A stretch of 64,000 bases of DNA. Origin: a virus. The stretch spans positions 32,001 to 96,000 of IMG/VR virus record IMGVR_UViG_3300024299_000001. One strand, 5' to 3'. The notes beneath the pieces were generated by a model that saw only the letters and a program-made list of their open reading frames with translations, was not told the DNA's origin and made no database searches. The translations under genes and the position numbers were made by a program. Below are positions 25,636 through 36,300 of this stretch, in pieces (the first letter of the stretch is position 1; each line of letters begins with the position of its first letter).

Positions 25636-26496
25636 TTATTGGAACTGATAACGGATTATAACAATACCTGAGCCGCCCGCTGCTCCGAGCCCGCTAAAAG
25701 ACCCGCTTTCACCGTTTCCGCCGCCACCGCCGCCTAAATTATCTGTCCCTGCTATTGCCTGTGTCGTACCGTTAGCACCAGCACCACCACCACCAGTACC
25801 ACCAGGAGCCACCCCCCCTGATTGAGCACCACCGCCGCCGCCGCCGCAATAAACAACGGCACTTCCCGTTATTGAGTTAGATGTACCATCTCCACCATCT
25901 CCAGGATTACCTGCCCCGGAATCTTCTCCAGCTTGAGAGTGTCCTCCACCGCCTGCACCAAAACCAACACTGGCATTTCCAGTTCCTCCATCACTACCTT
26001 GATCTCCTGTACCTTTGGCATTACTACCTGTGCCCAAACCAGTACCGCCGCCGCCAGAACCTCCATTGCCGCCAGGATAGGTTGTTCTCGTACCACCAGA
26101 ACCGCCACCATTAGCAGTTATAGAGCTAAACACTGAGTCTTCACCAGTGCCAGCAGGACCAGTACCATTAGGGCCACCCGCACCACCATCTCCAACTGTG
26201 ATTTCATACGCCTGGGCTGTTACAGCAAAACCAGAAGCAGTTCTATAACCACCAGCACCACCACCACCCGCAAAAGCTGCTCCTCCTCCTCCACCACCAC
26301 CTGCAACAACCAAATATTCAACAGTCCCAATACTACCAAGAGTTGTTACTGTAAAATCAGTACCAGTATCAGCAAGAAGAAATTCATGTACTTTATAATC
26401 ACCGTCTGTGGTTATGGTTCCACCTGTGGCTGTCATGTAGGACACAGCGCCTTTAAGACGAGCCAACACCGCTTTATGGGCTAATTGAATAGTCAT
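25636..26496 (-). CDS. glycine-rich domain protein (fibre-associated)
   Basis: Start moved to the ATG at 26496, which has a GGAGG SD and lies 1 nt after the upstream stop. Long GGxGG tracts; C-terminal 'GGSGIVIIRYQFQ'. Confidence 0.75.
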   Translation of the reverse strand: MTIQLAHKAVLARLKGAVSYMTATGGTITTDGDYKVHEFLLADTGTDFTVTTLGSIGTVEYLVVAGGGGGGGAAFAGGGGAGGYRTASGFAVTAQAYEITVGDGGAGGPNGTGPAGTGEDSVFSSITANGGGSGGTRTTYPGGNGGSGGGGTGLGTGSNAKGTGDQGSDGGTGNASVGFGAGGGGHSQAGEDSGAGNPGDGGDGTSNSITGSAVVYCGGGGGGAQSGGVAPGGTGGGGAGANGTTQAIAGTDNLGGGGGGNGESGSFSGLGAAGGSGIVIIRYQFQ

Positions 26497-26497
26497 G

Positions 26498-27352
26498 TTA
26501 AACCTCCGGCGTCCAACCATTAGTTGTAATAAGCCAATCATCTGCTGTGTAGTATTGAAAGACCGCTATATCTCCGGCGGTTGACAAGTTCGTTAGGTTC
26601 TTACCTTCAGCGTTTGTTGTGCCATCCATTAAGTATCCGTCAGCAGCGTTTGTATCAACGATAACTTCTATTGCTCCGAGTGTTATAATGGTGAAGTTCA
26701 TTCCTGCTACCATTAGCGGGAGTTGACAAGTGCCGGTTACGTTACAAACAAACGTACCACCGTAAAGATTAGCTCCGGTAAAGTTCGCTGCGAAATTTGC
26801 TGCTGAGTCTGTGACTGGTGTTAATGATGCTGTACTACCTGTTATTATACCATTCACTTCTAACTCTGTGGCTGGACTCGCAGTCCCTATGCCTACGTTG
26901 CCTGTATCACCCTCAACAACCAGTTTATCAGTATCAACCGCAAAATCATCTCCGGCATCGTTGTGAAGGTTTATGTTCACCCCTGCCCCTGTTGATTCGA
27001 TTGTGATATCTGCTGCGTTTGAGATTGAAGTTAGAGCGGTTGTGCCAGTTATGTCCGTATTAGAGCCTTTTCCAGCATAAAGAGTGTCTAAATAAGTTTT
27101 AAGAGTAGCTTTAATATTAGCCCAAGTAAGTTTCTTAAGAACACTAGAAGCAGCACTATCAGAAATACCGATAACATCAGCGTCAACTGGAGTTGTCTTT
27201 CCGGTAGCTGTGTTAATTGGTTTTGCTAAAGCATTACTTAAAGTTACTTTTTTCTGTAATGGTGAGCCACCAGGATCGTTGACTACATATATTAAATCAT
27301 CGCCTGTTGGAGCAGTGTCTTCTGTCAGTGCTGTTAATTTTGAGTCAGCCAT
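26498..27352 (-). CDS. tail fibre/receptor-binding-type protein
   Basis: The N-terminus 'MADSKLTALTEDTAPTGDDLIYVVND..KKVTL' is typical of phage fibre N-termini. The rest is T/G/A/N-rich. Confidence 0.6.
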   Translation of the reverse strand: MADSKLTALTEDTAPTGDDLIYVVNDPGGSPLQKKVTLSNALAKPINTATGKTTPVDADVIGISDSAASSVLKKLTWANIKATLKTYLDTLYAGKGSNTDITGTTALTSISNAADITIESTGAGVNINLHNDAGDDFAVDTDKLVVEGDTGNVGIGTASPATELEVNGIITGSTASLTPVTDSAANFAANFTGANLYGGTFVCNVTGTCQLPLMVAGMNFTIITLGAIEVIVDTNAADGYLMDGTTNAEGKNLTNLSTAGDIAVFQYYTADDWLITTNGWTPEV

Positions 27353-27374
27353 AATAACTCCTATGTATTAAAAT

Positions 27375-30300
27375 TTATTTACTAAAAAACATTTTTAAAT
27401 AATTAACTGGAAGTATGCTATCAACCGAGTCTACAAAGAAACTGAAAGGATTACCAAAATTTGAAAACATATTCTTTGTTACTCCTGGGATAGAATTATT
27501 AATATTATCTGCACCTATATGTGTAGATAAAAATAAAGCTGCAGCTACATCAAACGGTTTATCCATTGCATTATTTTTAATTACTTTAAGTATTCTTATC
27601 GCATATTTTGTAAAGCGTAGCAAGCCGATACTATTTAAGTATTCCACCATACGGTGGGTTGGGACTGCAAAATTAACAAATTCTTCTATTGCTTCGGCAA
27701 CTGCTTCTTCATGAGACATCTGTTCATCACCCCGGGCACTTGAAGTGTAATAATGGTACAACACGTGTCTTGCTACAAAATCGGTCATTTTAACGGCATT
27801 GTTAAGAACCTGGTATGCTTGGGTGTCTTGAGTCAGAAACGTAACCTTTCCTACGTTCTGCACGATCTGAGGTAGCTTATCTGTTAGCTTAGTAACTCCC
27901 TTCTCAAATTCACTTGGAAAATTTGAACCAGAAATAGTAGTATTAACATCATCAATAAACTGAGGCATTAGACCTGCTTCAATGGTTTTTGTTGTTGGGT
28001 TAATTTCAATAGTATTTTTAAGACGCATTATTTGGTTATCCAAGTCAAGTAATGACTGAGGAGCAGCACCTTTACGTTTAGCCAGCATTCTACGTTTTAC
28101 TTCAAGATCAGCTAATTTCTGTATATCAGCTTGGTATTTGAGTCCCATAGAGAAAGCTTCCCAAGCTGATTTAATTATAACATTAAAAGGTATTCCTTTG
28201 CTTCTAAGTACAAATAAGTTACTGCCAAAGTTATTTAATGTAACTGATAGAGACCTTACTATAATATTATTCTTAGCAAGTTTGGCCAACTCAATCATAG
28301 CCCCTTCTAAAGTATGTGCTCGGCGTACTCCTTTTACCTCTCCACCAAACAGACTCACTATGCCAATAAGAAGTCTTTCTAGTTTAGCTCTATCTTCAGG
28401 ATTCTTTGCAAAGGACTCCACTATGTTGTACTGCCGGTAACCAAAAGAAATATCTAACACGTCTTTAGGAATAAACATTGAGGGTCCGCCCCAAACTGTG
28501 TCAACAGTTTGTTTGGCTTTATCTGGCATCATATGGTATATGTCTCTTAGTTTTGGGTCAGGTGAGTTGGGCCCAATTTCTATGAAACCTCCAGGATTAC
28601 TCTGGTAATCAGCATCAAACATATCTTTTAAAAGGACAATTAGTTCTTCATTAATTATTGGTGTCCTTTCTTTATCAATTATCTGCCCAGCCATGGCACC
28701 CATGATTTTATCATACTCATTAACTTTTTCTAAAAAATTATCTTTAGTAGTTTCAGCCATCATGTATCTGTATTTTGTGGTAATTCCATTTTCATCAACT
28801 TGTGGAATCATCTGATTACTTGGTTTTAATTCAGGCTTAATATTAGGATTAGCCATATCACGAATTATCTTTGCTTTATATTTAATTATTTTAGCATTAT
28901 TCTTTTTACCTTCTTTAGTGGATATATCCATTTGCTGAGCTATTGTAAGTGGATCAGTACCTTTACCTCTGTTACCGGTATAAGAGAAAATAGTTGATAG
29001 TAAATCATTTATACGACCCGTTTGAGCAGTGTACACATAAATGTCTATATGTTTTAATGGATCTGCCTCATCCCGATCAATAGGAAATTCACTTCTACTA
29101 TAGCCTATTTGTGCAAGTTCCTCTTCTTCAGCTAAAGTACCATATTGGTAATTAGTACGGGTATTAACGATTTCTTTAGTATACCCTTTAATAAATTTAC
29201 GCTCATCTCCGTTAAAAGCTTTCTGTAAAGAGTCCTCTTTAAGAACTTGATGTAATTCAAAGAATTTATTAACTCCTTCAGGATCAGTATCAATTAATTC
29301 TTTAAATACCTGCCTGGAAGCTTTATCGGTATGTTGCAAAGCATATAGTGAACCAAGTTGATTAATTAGTTCTTCAGCCCTTAAAACCTCAGCGGCTGTT
29401 AATGGAACTGTTACATCATCTCTAGCTTTCATTTCAGCAATAACCAGGGCATTCTGAAAAACCTCTTCACCTGTTCTGCCTCTACTATGAATCATAAAAT
29501 GCCCCATGGCATCGGCTGCTTGCTTATAATAAGTTAAATGAGGCGCTAGAGCTGTATCAGTTTTAATTTGGTTAAGTACATTATTGATTGCTTTTCTTAA
29601 TTCATTTGGATCACCTAAAACTTTACTAATTCCATCCATACTAAGAGAATCTAATAAAGCAACTGTATCAGGCTTTAAACCAATTTTAGTTACTACTACT
29701 TTTTCTGCATCAGTAAGTTTGGTTTGCTTTGGATCCCGGAACTTAGTAAACAGTTTACCTGCTATACCGGAGTACTGTGCAATAGTAAATTCTTTAGCAC
29801 TGTCCAACCAAACTCCTCTTCTGTTCAGTAATTGATATATTGGGGCAAGTCGGTCAGTACGTCCTCTTAATTCTGTAACTAAAGATTTAAATAACCCATA
29901 CTCCAGTCTATCATAATCATTAGTCATCTTTCGTAGCTGATCACCAGCTAAAGAGTCTTTATCTTTATGGGTTTTAACTGCAGTCTTTAAACCTTTAACA
30001 ATTTTTAAAGGCCCTGAAGTAGCAGCTTTCTTGATATACTTATTAGAGAGATCAGCTACTTTTCTGTATTGTTGTTCAAATTTACTTTGGGTTTCAAATA
30101 ATTTATTTTTATGGTTCGAGTCTATTTTAGAAAGTAGAATGGCTAAGCGCTCTAGTTCTCGATCCATTCTTAAGTCATTTTTACTGGCATTAAATTTACT
30201 GTAAAAGAAATCAAATATCTTTTGAGCAATATTAAGAAGAGTCTGTTGGATATTACCTGCCTGAATATCTGACCAAGTACTGGTTGTATACATTCTTTCA

Positions 30301-33300
30301 GGTAGTGCTATACCAGATAAAGCTTTCAAGAAATTTTCATTAGTTAAACCAAGAATAACAAATTCAGCTAAATGGGGAGAGTGTCCTGATTCCCGGGTAA
30401 TCTTTGTTGCAGTGTCTGTTTGTTCAGATGCTTTGCGTTGAGCAGCAGTCCTGGTGTTACGAAAGATATAATTATATCTTTTCTGGGCAGCTTCAATTTC
30501 ATATTGATTTGCAGGATCATTCAACCAAGCAGCATTTACAGTTGGGTCGTTTAAAAAAGCTCTATAATCAAGCTTTCGGTAAGCCAGTTCATATAAGGTA
30601 TCCACTTGAGCACCTAATCTTGCATTAAGGCGTAAACCAGCTTCAAGTACCGGATGTAATAATTCATGGGTGTATACTTCACCAGAAGACATCCGGATAC
30701 CATTATTTAGGGCCCCAGTTATTGGGGCTGCAATTTGATTAGTCATAAAGACCTGACGAGTCTGGGATACAAATTTTCCTTCTGGTTCAGCATAAGGATT
30801 AGTTTTCATATACAGATCAACCGGCTGGAACACTGAATGTATCAAAGTCTTTAGAATTCGTTGCAGGTGATTATCATGCTGTACACTGTCTGTTACAGTG
30901 CTTTCACCCTTAATGTCATTGTAAACCTCTAATACATTCTTACTGCTTATTTCCTGAGCCCTGCCATATTTAGCTGGATCAATGGAAAGAGTGGAATCAT
31001 CTTTTGAACCAAGAGAATCGTTCGAATCTTCTTTAAGCATCTCAGCAATAAAAGCTTCTTCCAGTTCTTGTACAGAAAGATTATAATCAGCAAGAGCTTG
31101 TTGGTTAATTGTTGCTTGTGAGTACAAACCAGGCTCTGTTTTTGTTTCTACTATATTTACACCACCTATACTGGTTTGAGGAGCATTACCAGTTTTCCAT
31201 GCACCATCTCTATGAAAATAATGGTTAAAAGCAGTAACTGCATTCAGAACTCTGGCTTTATTTATTTTGGTTACTCTTACAATTTCCTTAATACCAAATT
31301 TCTTTTTACGTTTACCTTTCTCAGGAACACCATTTACTGTTTCATCCACTACTTGCTGTACTGATTTAGTCCAAGTTTTATTGTTGTAAGAAGAAACACC
31401 TTCTGTTAAACCCATTTCTTTAAAAACTTTTTGAAGTACTCTGTCTTTCTTTTCTTCTCGGGCAGGGTTTTCATTTGCGAATTCTGTAAAAGCTTCTATG
31501 GAAGTGGTAAAGGCTTCTACAATTTTTTCAGGTATACTGTCCAAAGACATATCGGTATAGAGGCTTTTATTTATAATTTGACCCATTGCGCCACCATTGG
31601 TAATGGCAACATAAAAACCATCATGAACTCCTAATACACCAACTCCCTGGTTATTGCCCATTGCTCTATTAGCAGAACTAGAATCATAATTTTGCACACT
31701 TATAATAACCGGTTTTACACTGGGATCTCCTAGTGTACTGAGTTTCTTTGCTCTATTATGCATTGGCTGGTAATGTACATTACTACCATCTGGTTGATAA
31801 GACTGAGTAGAGGTTCCTTCTACAGCAGTAGTATATTCAAGATTTGTAGCAAATTCAGCTAAAGGAACTTTCCCACCTAAAGAAGATTTTAAAACAGGAA
31901 AGATTTTCTTTATTCTATCACGAATTTGTTGTAACTGCTCTTGGGTCATTACACTACCAAATTTAGCAACATGCTCTTGAACTAACATTTTCTGCGCAGC
32001 ATTGTAAAAAGCAGCAGCAATTGTAATAGCTTTATTCAATGGAGTCCTGGCTTGTTGTATGTCTCCATAGATTTTATCTATAGCCTGAGTTAAGGCCTTA
32101 CCATGGTATTTATTAGTAAAAGCAGCAATATCTTCATAGATACTGGGATTAAGTTTAATCTTTAATAAAGCTTCTTTATTTAAATTTCCTTCAACACCAG
32201 CAATATTGGCAGGAATAAATAATGCTTTTGGGTTATTAGCTAAAGTATTAGTGTAACGAACAAGTTCTCTTAATTCATCAGCTGCAGCTGGACGAGTAGG
32301 GTCTTCTAAAATCTTTTCTAACTTAGCTTTAATACCATCTTCAATTATTGTAATGACTAAACCTCGTTTAATCTTACCATGACCGGAGCCATATAAAGCA
32401 CCTACAGCTCTATTCTTAGCTAATTTACGTACAGCCTTATCTAAGAAGCCTTTACTATCTGTAAGTTTTCCTAATAAGAATTCTGCAGCTTCCATGCGTT
32501 TATAAGTTGCAGTATCCTTAGCAGCGATCATAGTCTTTTTTAATTGGTTCACTAAAGCGCCCCAACCGGCCCCAATAGATTGGTAAGGATCATAAGGAAC
32601 AGTATCTGTTTCTACAGGATTCTCAGTAAACACCATACCTTCACTGGCTGCAATACCTAAATTCTTTATAGTGGGTAAACTTAATAATAACTGGATACCG
32701 CCAATAGTTGGTCCATTTGCCTGACCATCAATCTCTACTGGAAGAGAAGTAGTAAATTTACCAGCACCTGCTCTTTGAAATCTTTGGTACTCAAGAAGAC
32801 CTTTTAAAGTATGAAGGTCTTCGCCACCTTCTTTAATACCGGCTAAAATATCAGCCTCTAAGTCTGGTTGAGCTTTACGTAAGGCTACCATCTCATCTGG
32901 TGAGTACTCAGTATGCTGTTCTGCGGCTGATAGGAATACATCAATAGCAGCTAAAGCAGATTGTATTACTGGACTTTCTAAAATATCAGTTGTTTTTTGT
33001 TGCACTATAGCCATAGATGCTTCTTTAGTAGGATCCACTCCTAATGAGAGGCCTACTGCTGCTTTAAATAATTCAACTACTTGTTCATCTGATTTATCAA
33101 AAGTGGCTTCCCAAGCTTTATTTTTAAACAGAAATCTATGGGTCATACTATTTTGTGGTTGAATAGGACCTGCTTGTTGCATTCGTCCAGTAGCAATAAA
33201 ATAAGATTGTATAAAGAAATTAGAAGCATACTTAGCTGTTTCTTTTTTAGCATTGTGTAACCAGAAGCGTACTGCATCCAGATCAAGTTCAATTTTACGA

Positions 33301-36300
33301 TTAATACTCTCTCTGTGTTTATGTCGGTCATGTGTTGCATCATTAATGTTTACTGCACCAGCTGCAGTTCTCTGTCCAGCATTAGTCAGAAAAGTAAATA
33401 TATTCATAACACCATGGGATAATCCATAAGGTTGTTCAATATATTGTTTTAAATTATTGGTTTGAGGGATTGTTGCAAATTCACTTGTTCTGGCCAATGG
33501 CCACTTTTCTTTATCATTTTCCCAGGTGGGTTTGGTAAAAGAGTAGTCTAACGGATCTGCTGTTAATTTAAATAATTGTTCCCAGACACCTTTACCATAT
33601 TCATAATCTGTTCGTGTCTGGGTATTTGCATTTGTTAAGGCTTCAAATGAAGTCCCATCTTTTAATGTAACAACCTTACTAGCAATACGAAAGAAATCTA
33701 CTTTAGTAGTGTTTTTTCTGTCTATAACATCTTCTTTGGCTACATCTAGTCTTTGATCAGGAAGAATAAAAGTATTTATTAATTGAGGAGAGAGTGGAGC
33801 TTGTGGAGTATTTAACATATGATTACGTAAACCATAGAATCCTAAAGTAATCTTTTCTGTTTTTACAGGAGTACTGGGTATTCTTCCGGCATTAACTTGA
33901 GTACGCTCTACTCGACCCATACGATCTAATGTAGCCAATAACAGAGTACCAAGATCTTGTTCAATGAGCTCTCGGTCAAATACACCAATATCTTGAGTAG
34001 CCTTGATCTCAAACATCTTAATAACATCTTTACCCAGCGTTCCACTCAAATAATCTTTGGAGGCGCCAATACGACTAACCAAAGCTCTAACATCTTCAGA
34101 GATTTCCTGACTCTCTTTAAGATTAAATATTTTACGAATACTTTTGTCATCATTTATTAAGGTTTTAGGACCTTGAGTTGCTAACCACTTCCAAGCAGTA
34201 GCTGACATGGCCATAAGAAAGTTAGGATTTAGTTCACCATTAACTCTAAAATAATTAACAGCATCTTCATAAAAGAATTTTTCATTTGCTTTTGGTTTAA
34301 AAGTTTTAAGTAATGTAGCAGAGAATTCTTTATTAAACTTCATTAAAGCAATTGCTGCTTTTTCCTGATCTGGATTTAAAGAATGATTTTTAGATAATAT
34401 CTTTTTACGCATTGCTGCAACAAAATCAGGAATCTTATTTAATAAACTCTTAGGGCCGGCTTTACCATAAATTGGTTTAAAAAAAGCTCTAAGCGTATTA
34501 ACCCATAATCTGTTATTGGCTAAATCAGTATTATTTGTGTTACCTGGGGTAAGAGATTCTCTATCAATACCTGTTTTATCAGTTAATTGTTCAGCTAAGG
34601 GTGTATGTTTTTCAGAAGCTGTTTTTTCATATAATTGTTTTCTGCGATTTTGATATTCTGTATTATAAGAATTTTTCCATTTATTAGTTTTAGGATCAAT
34701 ACCTAAAGCTTCCATTATACTATCAGGATCTGTTGTTATAGGGTTATTCGAAATAAAAGCAAAATCAGTCTCTGAAAAATTTCTATTTTTTAATTCTTGT
34801 TTAATACTATCATAATACTCTTGTTCATTACTTGCGTATCCTTGAGCAACTTCACCATAACGAAGATGCTCAGAAATATCTCCTTCGTAATTTTCTTTAT
34901 CCAACTCATCCATTAAAACAGAAGTAGCTGTAGTACTATGATCATACTTAATATTCTTTTTTGAAACAGAATACTGTCCTTTAGGTATGATAATATCTTT
35001 TTTTGTAACAATCCTTTGTTCCCGTTCATCACCTACTACTCTTTCATCAGTAACAGCAGTTCCACCTTGTCTATTTAAAGGAAAGATTTTATCAAGATAA
35101 TCAATATTTATTTGTATAATAAAAGGATTTTTAGAATACCGATTTCCATACTCTTCTGCTAATTCTTTATCTTCAGCAAAAGAAATTCCAGTATTTTTAA
35201 ACAAGGAATCATGAGTAGGGGTTAAAACTAAATTACCTTTATCGTCTATATAAGGAGCCTCTTCCTGCCCCCTAAATAAAGTTTTTTCAGATGGCTCAGA
35301 CTCAGAAAATGCCGACGCGTCGTCAGCATTTTCTTCGGGTTTAGAGCCATCTTCTTTCTTTGGTTTCTTTTCAGTTGCATGCTTTGTTCTAAGTACTGCT
35401 TCAATTTCTTGTCTTCTGTCAGTATTAGTTTTTTCAGTATTCTGATAAAGAGTTTGTAATTCCGCTTTGGTCATTTCTTCTAATGTTAAGAATGTTTCAG
35501 ATTCATCCTGACCAAAAAAAGTATCTTCCTCTTCAACTACAAAATCTTCTTGTACTGGTGTAGTTGTTTCAATATCTTGGTCTGTTTTATAGGCTTTTAA
35601 ACCTAATTCTTGTGCTGTTGCAGTAAGAACTTTACCTGTATTTGTTTTTATTTCAATACTATAACCAGTAACAGTTTTTACCCCATTAACTATACTGAAG
35701 CTATCTGGAATCACATTACCAGTTACCTGAGCTTTAAAGGTACCAGTGTATTTAGGAAAATCAACAGTAACCCATTTTCCTTTATTTGTTTTAACTAAAG
35801 AAGTTATTTCTTGCTCAGCACTCAAAGGTTGTTCATTACTTCCGACTTCCTCTGAGGAAACATCTTCCGCTGTCGCTGCAGAAATTTCCTCCTCCTCAGT
35901 CTCAGACTGAACAACCTTTTCGGCAGTAGGCTGAGCTTGGGGAGGGGTGATCATATCCTGTGCAACTGAAAGAGCTTCAGACAGAGAATCAGCCTCACGC
36001 TCCATGGATTGAATTGAAGCTTCAAAGTTTGTATTAAAGTCATAATCGGCATTATAACCAATTGATGCACGTTCAGTGTTCAGTTGTTCTAAGAATTTCT
36101 GATCAGCCGCAGAGAATGTTTTAATGACTGCTTCTTGTTCTTCAGTTGTTTTAGCTTTTGCTTTAATTACTGCATCCTGAAGTCTACGAAATAAATCAGC
36201 TTTAATGGCATGTCTTTCAGTGAATGCCTGAAGATCTGATAACTGAGATTTAGCTAATTTGGTGTCCTTATTTTGTGTTGCAATGGCTATGGATTGCAGG

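Noticed and set aside
26501-26510. Extra 'cctccgg' core resembling the early promoter-like motif
   Set aside because: It lacks the YATAT..GG part. On the minus strand it is simply the GGAGG Shine-Dalgarno of the glycine-rich protein gene.
26498-27352. Diversity-generating retroelement or hypervariable target in the fibre genes
   Set aside because: No reverse transcriptase gene is present, and I found no template/variable repeat pair. The only nearby repeat is the 26-nt leader duplication.
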